Of a stretch of 64,000 nt of DNA, positions 11,301 to 19,709 are shown in pieces. Position numbers and translations under genes: made by a program. Numbering within the stretch: position 1 is the stretch's first letter; the number at the start of each line of letters is the position of its first letter. The stretch is from Planctomycetota bacterium. Its GTDB lineage: Bacteria > Planctomycetota > JAJSAM01 > JAJVHW01. Location of the stretch: NCBI GenBank assembly GCA_024277065.1, contig JAJRVY010000179.1, positions 7,645 through 71,644 of the forward strand, given 5' to 3'. The notes beneath the pieces were generated by a model. That model saw only the letters and a program-made list of their open reading frames with translations, was not told the DNA's origin and made no database searches.

Positions 11301-11808
11301 GCACGGCCCGGCGCAGCGCCGTGGCTGCGGCGGCGCGGACGCGCCAGACGGGTTCGTGGGCCGGGTCGCCGCGCGCGAGCAGGAGCGGCGCCACGGCGGC
11401 ATCGCCGATCTTCCCGATGCCGATGACGGCTGCCTCGCGCACGGCGAACGACGCGTCGCTCGCCGCGGGTCCGAGCAACGCGCCGGCCTGCGGGTCGTCC
11501 ATCTCGGCGACGGCCCCGATCAGGGCGGCGCGCGCATACCACGCGGCATCCACGAGTGCGGCGTCGATCTCCGGGAGCGCCGCCTTCCCGGCGCGCGCCA
11601 CGATCCGCGCGGCGTCCTGCGCCGCCGTGGGGCTCGCGGGATCGAGCAGCGCCGCGATCGCGCGCGTGACGGCGCCGTCCGCGACACGGACAGCGGGCCG
11701 CGCCGAGGCGGCGGCGGCGCAGAGGACGGCGCACGAGAGCAGGGCTGCGGTGACGAGGGAAGCCCGAGAACGTCTCACGACTTCATCGTAACTGCTACCC
11801 GCACGCAT
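8311..11808 (-). CDS. Large secreted HEAT-repeat (PBS-lyase-like) protein
   Basis: 1165-aa ORF with an N-terminal signal peptide (SLVTAALLSCAVLCAAAASA) and dozens of Ala/Leu/Arg-rich HEAT/PBS-lyase-type repeats. The start is uncertain: ATG at 11808 or GTG at 11778. Confidence 0.65.
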   Translation of the reverse strand: MRAGSSYDEVVRRSRASLVTAALLSCAVLCAAAASARPAVRVADGAVTRAIAALLDPASPTAAQDAARIVARAGKAALPEIDAALVDAAWYARAALIGAVAEMDDPQAGALLGPAASDASFAVREAAVIGIGKIGDAAVAPLLLARGDPAHEPVWRVRAAAATALRRAVLRGVLQRARAEPVLVAQLQDPDPDARRAALRAIVPLGAPAALPHLLAIYDDTEADPVDRSLALAALRLYRDREDDVLPALRCGLLESDDAEMAAAAGAALLDLGGTTVLDDDLVAHAVLRQLGDAGAAALRAALGRLGPEAVPWLRRSADDVARRIAQRKVEHYGSPLELIVEALLEIRREAAFELLRDLAVGPQADVMAPATRRFALRKIQLLFAPRLRDELRATFDGHAGDGVRRSLLLAIEASGGDDLAARLDAALAHRDGEARWAAVDLLKRRPDLPAGPVLVRLAAGEATPARLREHALEALARRDAGAAADVARGLLSHGHADVRAAAAQLIARAGRESDADLVRTALETENGSDRRAERAAAPETAAVTPSSPDDRRRRRRRVRRALLAALEACAGEGARPELLRTLASDDDDVLRETAARLLRRVVRTSDDAALLAALESEHAPATRREILATLATLGGSPAALALFEEMLASSGRRWAALMLLRSEDAEIRPRQLAAGLRSAAWNDEEREVALVLLARDGKAPPPAELIELARASRSKALTSEALRLVTETAGDEAGALLTKLLSELEDAEKLAMAAEQIGALRFTPAVPALVAMLDAWRRPALRASLSSAPALEVYRRAAIALGRCGTRAAGEALVRHLLHPDIARAVVPYSTTGDGPFKPAGAPPVRSARALVCALSHFDEATGRDLVERRLAPLARSGDDVRLAEDYIDGIARYLRDPGAYNLPQRRRPGVALALMRHVLHTAPRLSPLDVEMSRYVASQLEAEGRFAEAAAAHDSAIALADVEEGWRSPERRLEERGKRDLLRALAAAAAGDRVAATALLDGLRAPAPENGALAYFEGYGRAKIGLGDETARDALLQTVTVDEAHARAHLWLGWVNERLDGPPAGLPQYAEALRLDRKRVRDAGGEYLAHRRGRVHRWSSYPYWYARALARAGDDVLAQDLLHEAILRDDRAAAQALAEPAFERWEDLPELVAWALDAIPDTE

Positions 11809-12664
11809 GGGTTCTGGCGTGCTCGCGCAGCGCGAGCGGCAGCCGATCCAGCACGTCGCTCGCGATCATGCCCTGCTCCCCCAGTTCGCCGGCGGCGAGA
11901 TCCCCGGCGCGCCCGTGGAGGTGCGCCCCGAGGAGCGCCGCAGCTCGGGGCGCGAGGCCTTGCGCCAGCAGCGCGGCGATGAGCCCCGTCAGCACGTCGC
12001 CGCTGCCGCCGGTCGCGAGTCCGGGGTTGCCGGTGGCGTTGACGGCGACGCTCTGCCCGTCGCAGATCAACGTGCCAGCGCCCTTGAGCACGACCACGGC
12101 GCCCGTGGACGCGGCGAGGCGCTGCGCCGCCCCCTCGCGGTCCGCCGCGACGTCTGCCGTCGAGCACCCGAGCAGGCGCGCCGCTTCGCCGGGATGCGGT
12201 GTCAGGATGCGCGGCCCCGCCGCCGCCCCGAGCTCGTCGGCATGTCCCTCGAACGCGTTCAGTCCGTCGGCGTCGAGCACCAGTGGGCGCTCCGTGCGCA
12301 GCGCGATCTCGCGCGCGAACGCCGCGGTCACCGGCGCCCGCGCGAGCCCCGGCCCGAGCGCCACCGCGTCGCGCGTCGCGGCGAGGGCGAGCGCCTCATC
12401 GACCGCCACCGGCCCGAGCGCGCCGAGCTCGTCCGGGAGCGCGTGGCCCATCTCGCACAGCAGGTGGGCGCCGATCACGGTGCGCAGCGCCGAGGGGTAG
12501 CCCAGCGTGGCCAGGCCCGCGCCACCGCGCAGCGCGGCACGTACGCAGAGCACCGCTGCGCCGGGGAATGCGAGCGATCCCGCCAGGCACAGCACGTGGC
12601 CGAACGTGCCCTTGTGTCCGTCCCGTGGGCGCGGCGGGAGCGGCGGCAGGTCCGCTGCGTTCAT
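11795..12664 (-). CDS. nnrD: ADP-dependent (S)-NAD(P)H-hydrate dehydratase (YjeF C-terminal domain)
   Basis: GHKGTFGHVLCLAGS, LKGAGTLI and GNPGLATGGSGDVLTG motifs. The ATG at 12664 overlaps the upstream stop (ATGA). Confidence 0.8.
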   Translation of the reverse strand: MNAADLPPLPPRPRDGHKGTFGHVLCLAGSLAFPGAAVLCVRAALRGGAGLATLGYPSALRTVIGAHLLCEMGHALPDELGALGPVAVDEALALAATRDAVALGPGLARAPVTAAFAREIALRTERPLVLDADGLNAFEGHADELGAAAGPRILTPHPGEAARLLGCSTADVAADREGAAQRLAASTGAVVVLKGAGTLICDGQSVAVNATGNPGLATGGSGDVLTGLIAALLAQGLAPRAAALLGAHLHGRAGDLAAGELGEQGMIASDVLDRLPLALREHARTHACG

Positions 12665-13686
12665 CGCCAGGCGTCCAGGAGGATCTGGGGCACCTCGACC
12701 CGCACGCGGCCGACGTCGAGCCCGCGGTGGTTGCGCCGCACGGGGTCGTGGTGGGGGGCGAGACGCTCCCACACGGTGTCGTCCAGAACGCCGGCGCGGC
12801 GCAGCAGCGCCAGGCCCGCGCGGCGCGCGGCGTCCGCCGAGCCGTCCAGGCACTTGACGGCGAGCCCCGTGGACGTCGCCGCGACGCCGAGGCACCACAG
12901 GCCCTCGGCGCCGACCTTGCAGTGCACGCCGCCGCCGGTGGCGCGGATGACGTCGGTGTCCGACCGCGCGGTTCCCGCGATCATCTCCGGCGCGCTGCGG
13001 ACGGCATCGCGCAGGCGCAGGGCGGCGCCGCATGTCGCCCCGGAGAGACCCGCGCGCTCAGGCGCCACGACCGTCGCGGCGAGGCGCGCAGCGCCCGCGA
13101 GCGGCACCACGAACACCGGTGCGCTGCACCCATCGGTTCCCAGTGCGACATCGACGGCGGCGAGCCCCGCGTAGGCCGCGACATGTCCCCGGTTCAGGCG
13201 CTGCAGAGGATGATCCGGCGCGACGTAGTCCGCCGTCGGCCAACCCGCGGCGACACATGCGGCCAGCATGGCCGCGTGCTTCCCCGAGCAGTTGTTGTGC
13301 AGCGGCGTCGGCTCGCGTCCGGCGCGGACGAGAGCGGCGGCGCTGGGTTGGTGGACCGGCGCGTGCGCGCCGCAGAGGAGGTCCGACTCCGCGAGACCGA
13401 GCCGTTCGAGGAGCCCGCGCGCCACTGCGACGTGACGCGGCTCGCCGTTGTGCGACCCGCACGCGAGCGCGAGTTCTTCCGCAGTCATCGCGAAGCGGTC
13501 GGCGGCGCCCGTCACGATGCACGCCAGCGCTTGGACGGGCTTGGCCGCCGAACGCAGGAACACCGGTGCGCCGGTGGCGGTGCTCGCTGCGAGCTGCCGT
13601 CCGTCACGCCAGAGCGCGACGCGGACGCGGTGATCGGATTCCGGCAGCCCGGCTCTCTCGCGAATGACTCGAACCGCTCGCTCCAT
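12661..13686 (-). CDS. L-asparaginase II family protein (PF06089)
   Basis: Matches the conserved asparaginase II family (NNCSGKHAAMLAAC, GTDGCSAP). Its stop overlaps the nnrD start. Confidence 0.75.
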   Translation of the reverse strand: MERAVRVIRERAGLPESDHRVRVALWRDGRQLAASTATGAPVFLRSAAKPVQALACIVTGAADRFAMTAEELALACGSHNGEPRHVAVARGLLERLGLAESDLLCGAHAPVHQPSAAALVRAGREPTPLHNNCSGKHAAMLAACVAAGWPTADYVAPDHPLQRLNRGHVAAYAGLAAVDVALGTDGCSAPVFVVPLAGAARLAATVVAPERAGLSGATCGAALRLRDAVRSAPEMIAGTARSDTDVIRATGGGVHCKVGAEGLWCLGVAATSTGLAVKCLDGSADAARRAGLALLRRAGVLDDTVWERLAPHHDPVRRNHRGLDVGRVRVEVPQILLDAWR

Positions 13687-13763
13687 CCATAGATGATCGC
13701 GCGTCCGTCGCGGAACACGCGAGAACTCCGTCGTACCCCCGCTTCGGGAGGTAGAATTCCCCC

Positions 13764-14174
13764 ATGATCGAGGTGCAGCTTTCCCGAATCGTCATCCGCG
13801 AGACGAGTGATCAGCAGCGGATCTACCTGCGTGAGAAGGGGGGCACGCGGCAGTTCCCCATCGTGATCGGCATCCACGAGGCCGCGGCCATCGATCGCAA
13901 GGTGCGTGACCGCTCGCCGCCGCGGCCCATGACCCATGATCTCCTGGCGTCCGTCGTCGAGGCCCTGGAGGGACGCCTCGCGCGGGTCGTCATCTCGGAA
14001 CTGCGCCAGAACACGTTCATCGCCCGCCTAGAGCTGGTGCGCGGGTCCGGCGGAGAACCCGTCGAGGTCGATGCCCGCCCGAGCGACGCCGTCGCCCTCG
14101 CGGCTCATCTCGGCGCGCCGATCTTCGTCGAGAAGGCGGTCTTCGACGAGGTGCTCGCCTCGTCCAGCGATTGA
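13764..14174 (+). CDS. Bifunctional nuclease domain (BFN/DUF151) protein
   Basis: 136 aa. The ATG is preceded by GGGAGG. Sequence IVIGIHEAAAIDRKV...TFIARLEL is typical of the DUF151 family. Confidence 0.7.
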   Translation: MIEVQLSRIVIRETSDQQRIYLREKGGTRQFPIVIGIHEAAAIDRKVRDRSPPRPMTHDLLASVVEALEGRLARVVISELRQNTFIARLELVRGSGGEPVEVDARPSDAVALAAHLGAPIFVEKAVFDEVLASSSD

Positions 14175-14231
14175 GAAGCGCCGCGAATCCGCGCTCCGTG
14201 CCGCGGACACGTCAGTAGAAGACACGGCAGC

Positions 14232-14319
14232 GGAGGGGTGCCCGAGCGGTCGAAGGGAGCGGTTTTGAAAACCGCCGTAGGGCAACCTACCCGGGGTTCG
14301 AATCCCCGCCCCTCCGCCA
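14232..14319 (+). tRNA. tRNA-Ser, anticodon TGA (decodes UCA)
   Basis: Cloverleaf folded by hand. Acceptor GGAGGGG/CCCCTCC, anticodon loop TTTGAAA, long variable arm, T-loop TTCGAAT, encoded CCA. Confidence 0.9.
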
Positions 14320-14385
14320 CGGCGGAGCGCCGATCGTCACGGCGCCTGCCGGGCGACCGGGTGCGCATGCCGGATGCCGCGGTAG

Positions 14386-14409
14386 GGGGGCGGCCTACGT
14401 GCCGCCCCC
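14386..14409. terminator. GC-rich hairpin (GGGGGCGGC-CTACGT-GCCGCCCCC) between the tRNA-Ser gene and the convergent vWA gene. Possible bidirectional terminator without a U-tract.
   Basis: Perfect 9-bp stem seen in the sequence. No T-tract follows, so its function is uncertain. Confidence 0.3.
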
Positions 14410-14553
14410 GAACGTCCCCGGCGGCGGCGACGTTCTCCTGGGGGCCTCGCGGCCACCGGAGGCAACCCGCAGCGTCCCCGTAGGTTCGGTCATCGCCGCG
14501 GCATCGGCGTACAATGGCCGGCGCAGCCCGCCGAGGCCCCCTCCCTGCGGCGG

Positions 14554-17391
14554 CTACTTCTTCTCGGCGACGTGGACGAACTTGCCGTCGTTGCGCTCGG
14601 CCATGCCGCGCAGCAGGACAAGGTCCACGCCCTTGTTGCCGAAGCAGATGACGTGCGTGCGTACGCGCGTGTAGCGATTGAGCGCCGTGTACCACTCGAG
14701 CAGCGTGTCGGCGTCCGTCATCTCGCCGCGCGTCGGCATGCCGTCGGTGAGGAACGTCAGCGTGTCGGGCGTGCTGCGGAAGTTCGGGCTGGCATCGACG
14801 GTGTCGCCGAGGTCGAGAGCCGCTCGCAGCGCGCCGTAGTAGTTGGTCTCGCCCTTCGCGGGCAGCGCGCGCAGAAAGCCGAAGGCCTTCTTGATGTTGC
14901 CCGCGCTGGCTGCGATGGGGTTCTTCGACATGGTGCGGATCGTCGTGTTGAACGCGATCACGTTGAAGTGGCTGCGCGGGTCCAGCGTCTTGAGGGTCTG
15001 GGCGATCTCTTCCTTGCAGATGGTGATCTTGTTGGTGCCCGTGTACTTGCGCGAGAGCGACGTCACCATGCGCGGGTCCGGCGTGAAGTTGCTCTGCATG
15101 GAGAGTGAGTTGTCGAGCACGAAGCCGATGCGGCTGGAGTAGATCTCGATGCCGTAGTACTCCTGCTGCGCATAGCGGTCGTTGGGGTCCTTCTTCTTCT
15201 CCATGGGGCCGGTCTCGGTGGGCGCGTCGGGGCGCTTGGGCAGGCCGTTCGGACTGTTCGCCTTCTCGCGCTCCCACCACTTGCGCCAGTTCTCGGGCTT
15301 GCGGCCGAGGTCGTCGCGCGTGATGGCCTTCAGCGCGTCCTTGATGTCGCCGCGCACGCGGCCGGACTCGATCTCCATGCGCGTGATGAGGGGCTCGACG
15401 GCCTCCATGCTGCCGATCTTGCCGAGTGCCTGGCAGGCCGTGACGCGGAGCTGCCACTGCGGCGAAAGGAGATGCTTGACGATCAGCGGCACCGCCATGC
15501 CCGCCTCTTCGCCGAACATCGCCAGGGCGTCCATGGCCGCCACGCGCGCCTTCTCGGCCGGGTCGTTGACCATCGCGCGCAACTCGGACATCGCGCGAAT
15601 GTCCTGCATCCGGCCACAGGCGACCGCCGCCTCGGCGCGGGCGTACCAGTTGGAGTCCTCGAGCTGCTCACGCAGTTTGATGAGCGCGAACTCGAGCTGC
15701 TTGCGACCGCAGACGCGCGCCGTGTAGGCGCGCGACATCGCGTTCCTGTGATTGAGGCCGTACTGCCAGACGGTCTCGAGCACTTCCTGGTCGTCGATCT
15801 TCAGCAGCGTCACGACCGCCTGCTCACGGACGAGTTCGCTGTTCTTCTTGAAGAGGTCGATCACCACCTCGGCCGTCTCGCCGTCGGTGATCGTGCCGAG
15901 GCCGCGGATGAGCGCCGCGAGCTTCTGCGGGTCCGGTTCCGCGAGCAGTTTCTTGCGCTCGCGCTTGCCCGGGGCCTCGTTGCCCTCGAAGTCCTCCTCG
16001 GAGCGCGACGGGTCCATCGAGCGGCGCTTGCCCATCAGCCGCTCCGCGATCCGCTCGTGGAACACCTCGGGGGTCACGTTCAGGTGCTCCATGAACGCGT
16101 CGCGCGGCTCCTTCTGGCGGCGAATGTCCGCCAGCACCTTCACGAACGGTTCACGCCACTCCTCGAGCATGAGCTGGAAGTAGACCCACGCGCGCTTGTG
16201 GTCCACGAGTGTGAGCTGGCCGCCGGACGTCTTTCCGAACAGCTCCTCGATCGGCGCGAACTTCCTGCTCCGCGCGAGTTTCGTGCAGTCGGCCAGCCAG
16301 CTCTTGCCGCTGCCGCTGAGGGGTGTGCTCTCGTTGCCGCAGAACGTCACGTCGTCGCGGAAGCGTTCCTGCAGCTTGCAGAGCCAGTGCGCGGCGCCGA
16401 CGAACATCCATCGCGGCAGCGCGCGGTTGAGGCCGTCCACGACCGTCCAGCACGAGATGAAAATGTGCCCGAGCGCGTGGCGCATCGCCATGTGCTGCGT
16501 GTGGTCGCCGCTGAACTTCTGCTCCGACTGGCAGAAGCCGTTGAAGGCGAAACCGTCGGCCATCGAGTTGTCGTTGCTGCCGCCGTAGTTGATGTTCGTG
16601 CGTGCGGAGCCGAGGTAGGTGCCCTGGATCCTGGCCGCGTCGCGCTCCTTGGCCGGGATGTAGATGGCGGTCGGCTTGGTGATGCGGGGCGCGCTCCCGA
16701 AGTGCCGGACGAACTCGCGCCGCGCGTACTCGGCACGTTCGATCATGAGGTGCGCCCACTCGTGGGGACTCGCCATCCGGAAGCTGCCGCCGCCCTCGGT
16801 CCTGACCTTCATCGGGCCGACGTCGGTGACGAGGTAGAAGTTGCGGTTGTAGGCGACGATCACCTTCTTGGGCTTCTTGAAGAGGCGGCGCTCGCGCTCG
16901 AGGCGCGCCATCACCGTCTCCTCGGCTGGCCGCCCGAAGGCGTCCGTCGAGAGCGGGTTGTCGTCACCGTCCTGGCAGTCGGGACAGTTCTCGTGCCGCG
17001 GGTACTTGCAGCAGTCGTCGTTCTGCACGCACTCGCTGCACGTGATGCCCCACGCGACGGAGTGTCGCTTCAGGTAGCAGGCCATGCGGCTCGACGTGAA
17101 GCACAGCGGGTTCATGCCGTCCGGCACGGTCGTGCCGTCGTGCTGCGAGAACGTGCGGCAGCGATCACACCAGCACGGGTCGTTGGTCGGTGTCTTCGGG
17201 TTGCGCAGGTAGTGCTGGCACGCGCCGCCGCTCGTCATGCAGATGCAGTCGCGGCTGATCTCCTCGTCCGCGCCCATTGCGGACGTGCGCCCGATGAAGA
17301 CCGTCAGCGCGACGATCACGGTGACGAGCAGCGCGCGCGCGCGCCTGGCGGTCGGCATCCTGGGGAGCGGCGTCATGGGCACGAGGATCAT
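14554..17391 (-). CDS. Large secreted multidomain protein. Order of domains: signal peptide, an 18-Cys-rich module, a HExxH-containing domain (HEWAH), PBS-lyase HEAT repeats, and a C-terminal von Willebrand factor A domain (DNSLSM MIDAS motif).
   Basis: 945-aa ORF. It is K/N/Y/F/W-rich with visibly lower G+C than the R/A-rich neighbours. The vWA MIDAS motif and HEAT repeats are recognisable. Confidence 0.75.
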   Translation of the reverse strand: MILVPMTPLPRMPTARRARALLVTVIVALTVFIGRTSAMGADEEISRDCICMTSGGACQHYLRNPKTPTNDPCWCDRCRTFSQHDGTTVPDGMNPLCFTSSRMACYLKRHSVAWGITCSECVQNDDCCKYPRHENCPDCQDGDDNPLSTDAFGRPAEETVMARLERERRLFKKPKKVIVAYNRNFYLVTDVGPMKVRTEGGGSFRMASPHEWAHLMIERAEYARREFVRHFGSAPRITKPTAIYIPAKERDAARIQGTYLGSARTNINYGGSNDNSMADGFAFNGFCQSEQKFSGDHTQHMAMRHALGHIFISCWTVVDGLNRALPRWMFVGAAHWLCKLQERFRDDVTFCGNESTPLSGSGKSWLADCTKLARSRKFAPIEELFGKTSGGQLTLVDHKRAWVYFQLMLEEWREPFVKVLADIRRQKEPRDAFMEHLNVTPEVFHERIAERLMGKRRSMDPSRSEEDFEGNEAPGKRERKKLLAEPDPQKLAALIRGLGTITDGETAEVVIDLFKKNSELVREQAVVTLLKIDDQEVLETVWQYGLNHRNAMSRAYTARVCGRKQLEFALIKLREQLEDSNWYARAEAAVACGRMQDIRAMSELRAMVNDPAEKARVAAMDALAMFGEEAGMAVPLIVKHLLSPQWQLRVTACQALGKIGSMEAVEPLITRMEIESGRVRGDIKDALKAITRDDLGRKPENWRKWWEREKANSPNGLPKRPDAPTETGPMEKKKDPNDRYAQQEYYGIEIYSSRIGFVLDNSLSMQSNFTPDPRMVTSLSRKYTGTNKITICKEEIAQTLKTLDPRSHFNVIAFNTTIRTMSKNPIAASAGNIKKAFGFLRALPAKGETNYYGALRAALDLGDTVDASPNFRSTPDTLTFLTDGMPTRGEMTDADTLLEWYTALNRYTRVRTHVICFGNKGVDLVLLRGMAERNDGKFVHVAEKK

Positions 17392-17446
17392 CCTCTCCCC
17401 GGCGTGGCGGGGCAGCGACGACGTGGGTGATCGTCCGGTGGCAGCA

Positions 17447-17650
17447 TCACACGCCGTAACGGCGACGCGCGGAATCGAGGCGGCTGATCTGCGTGGACGA
17501 CGAACGCGTGTCGTGCTCCTTGCAGGTCAAGGTGCCGGGCTCGGTGGGCTTGCCGCACTGGCGGCCGGTGCGCTCGTCGTAGACCGGGCACGGGATCGCG
17601 TCGTCGCCGGCGTGCGCCCAGGGGTCTTCCTTGTCGTCTGTGCGGGCCAT
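17447..17650 (-). CDS. Possible small Cys-containing protein (about 67 aa; C-x10-C-x11-C-x2-H) upstream of the vWA gene.
   Basis: Short ORF beginning MARTDDKEDPW. No strong RBS. Low confidence. Confidence 0.25.
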   Translation of the reverse strand: MARTDDKEDPWAHAGDDAIPCPVYDERTGRQCGKPTEPGTLTCKEHDTRSSSTQISRLDSARRRYGV

Positions 17651-17721
17651 CCCACGAGCATACCATGCCGGCGGCGGGAGTGCCCCCGTGGGCGGCGGGT
17701 GCGGACGCGCGTGCGGGCATC

Positions 17722-17750
17722 TTGGCGTCGCCGGGCACTCTTGGTAGGTT
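17722..17750 (+). promoter_or_regulatory. Candidate sigma70-like promoter (TTGGCG - 17 nt - TAGGTT) about 50 nt upstream of tRNA-Ser(GCT).
   Basis: Hexamer match and spacing only. Confidence 0.3.
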
Positions 17751-17800
17751 GCGCGGCTCGCCGGGGAGAGGAGTGCCTCGAACCGGCCGGCCGACCGCGC

Positions 17801-17893
17801 GGAGAGATGGCTGAGTGGTCGAAAGCGCCTCATTGCTAATGAGGTGACGGGCCAAAAGCTCGTCCTCGGGTTCAAATCCCGATCTCTCCGCCA
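17801..17893 (+). tRNA. tRNA-Ser, anticodon GCT (decodes AGC/AGU)
   Basis: Acceptor GGAGAGA/TCTCTCC, anticodon loop TTGCTAA, long variable arm, T-loop TTCAAAT, encoded CCA. Confidence 0.9.
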
Positions 17894-17958
17894 TCGGCGG
17901 CCCGCTCGCGATCGCGACACGGTCGGGCGTCATCGACGCGTGTCGCCGGAGGTGTCCC

Positions 17959-18609
17959 ATGTCCAGAGCCCGCACGCTGGCCCTGCTCGCCGCCCTCGCA
18001 GGGGGCTCCTTGCTGACAGGTTGTCAGTCGGTGTACTACGACGCGATGGAGCTCGTGGGGCGCGAGAAGCGCGATCTCCTGCGCAGCGAACTGACCGGGA
18101 TGGTGGGAGATCAGGAGGACGCCGAAGAGGCGTTCACCGACGCCCTGACGCGCATCAAGGCGCTCACCGGCTTCGACGGCGGCGATCTCGAGCGCGAGTA
18201 CGACGCCCTCGCGGACGCCTACGACGATGCCGCCTCCGCCGCCGACGACATCGACGCGCGCATGGACGAGATCGAGACCGTGGCCGCCGACCTCTTCGCC
18301 GAGTGGGAAGAGGAGATCGGCGAGATCCAGTCGCCGTCGCTGAAGGCGGGCAGCCGCAAGAAGCTGCGCGAGACGCAGGCGCGCTACGGCCGGCTCCACG
18401 CGCGGCTGGTCGAGACGCGCGCCTCCATGGACCCTGCGCTGACGCTGCTCAAGGACCACACGCTGTTCCTCAAGCACAACCTCAACGCGGCTGCCGTGGG
18501 CGCTCTCGGCGACGAGATGAGCAACATCGAGGGTGAGATCGAGGTTCTGAAGCGCAGCATCCGGCAGTCGATCGAGGAGGCGCAGCGTTTCATCGAGGTG
18601 ATGTCGTAG
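17959..18609 (+). CDS. Lipoprotein (DUF2959-like) with lipobox LLTGC. Acidic and predicted coiled-coil.
   Basis: Signal peptide with lipobox cysteine. 216 aa, E/D/A-rich helical sequence. Confidence 0.6.
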   Translation: MSRARTLALLAALAGGSLLTGCQSVYYDAMELVGREKRDLLRSELTGMVGDQEDAEEAFTDALTRIKALTGFDGGDLEREYDALADAYDDAASAADDIDARMDEIETVAADLFAEWEEEIGEIQSPSLKAGSRKKLRETQARYGRLHARLVETRASMDPALTLLKDHTLFLKHNLNAAAVGALGDEMSNIEGEIEVLKRSIRQSIEEAQRFIEVMS

Positions 18610-18647
18610 GCGGCCTCTGGCGGCCCCGCGAGCGGCCGGCGATCGCG

Positions 18648-19709
18648 ATGCCGCGCGCGGTGGAGCGCTGCCTCGCGGCGTTCCTGAAGGAGCAGCACGG
18701 CAAGGCCACGCGCCCGCGCCTGGACGACGCCGTCGCGCAGCTCTCGGAGGCCTTCACGGCGGAGCGCGGACACCTGCCCGGCTCCTACCTCAACCTGCCG
18801 CCGGTGCGCAGCGCCTATCTGGCCCACTTCCACCCACAGCAGATCCTGCGCGGCATGGCCGGGATCGGCGAGGCGCTCCATCAGGCGCGCGCTCGCGCTC
18901 TTCGGCCGGGCACCGTGCCGCTGCGCGTGGCGGATCTGGGCGCCGGGCTCGGGGCCATGTCGCAGGCGCTCCTCTGCCACCTTGCCGACGAGGGGGACGA
19001 GCCGTGGCCAGAGCTGGCGCTCGTCGATCACCAGCGCTCGGCCGTCGCGGAGGCGCGGGCGCTCACGCTCGCCGTTGCGGAGGCGTTGCGCCCGGGGGCC
19101 GCCGCGCCGCGCGTGCGTTGCGCCGTCACGCGCATCGCGCCGTGGCGGCAGCGGGCCCGGCGCGCGGGCTGGCGCTTCGACGTGGTGCTCCTCGGCGCCG
19201 TCCTGAACGAGCAGCGGGACGACTGGGCGCCGCTCATGCACGGCGTCGCCGAGGTGCTGGCGCCGGGAGGCGTCGTCGTCGTGGTCGAGCCCGCCCTCGA
19301 CGAGACCGCCCGCCGCCTGATGGAGCTGCGCGAGGGCCTGCGCGAGGCCGTCACGACGCTCGCGCCCTGCACGCACGACGGCCCCTGTCCGCTGCTCGCG
19401 CGGCGCCGGGACTGGTGTTTCACGGTGCGCGCCGTGCGGCTGCCACGCGACGTGCGCCGCCGCGCCGAGTTGCTCGGGCACCAGTCGGCGGAGCTGCGCT
19501 ACGCGCTCTGGGCGTTCTGCCGGGGGCACGTCGGCGAGACCCGCACCGGGCCGCCGGCCCGTGTCGTCAGTGATCCGATGGGCCGCGAGCAGGTCTTGTG
19601 CGCCGCAGAGGGCGAATTGCGCGTGCGGCCACTGGCCGGAGCGCGCCGCGGCGACCTTGCCGTGCCGTTCAGCGAGCTGGGCGGAAGCCGCGGAAGCGCC
19701 CGTTCTTGA
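18648..19709 (+). CDS. SAM-dependent methyltransferase of the ribosomal small-subunit Rsm22-like family
   Basis: LPPVRSAYLAHFHPQQI...VADLGAGLGA methyltransferase motif I, and a C-terminal Cys cluster typical of the Rsm22 family. Confidence 0.65.
   Translation: MPRAVERCLAAFLKEQHGKATRPRLDDAVAQLSEAFTAERGHLPGSYLNLPPVRSAYLAHFHPQQILRGMAGIGEALHQARARALRPGTVPLRVADLGAGLGAMSQALLCHLADEGDEPWPELALVDHQRSAVAEARALTLAVAEALRPGAAAPRVRCAVTRIAPWRQRARRAGWRFDVVLLGAVLNEQRDDWAPLMHGVAEVLAPGGVVVVVEPALDETARRLMELREGLREAVTTLAPCTHDGPCPLLARRRDWCFTVRAVRLPRDVRRRAELLGHQSAELRYALWAFCRGHVGETRTGPPARVVSDPMGREQVLCAAEGELRVRPLAGARRGDLAVPFSELGGSRGSARS

Noticed and set aside
14105-15457. 450-aa ORF on the minus strand overlapping tRNA-Ser(TGA) and the 3' end of the vWA gene.
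   Set aside because: R/P-rich junk translation. It overlaps a clearly folded tRNA and the real vWA CDS in another frame.
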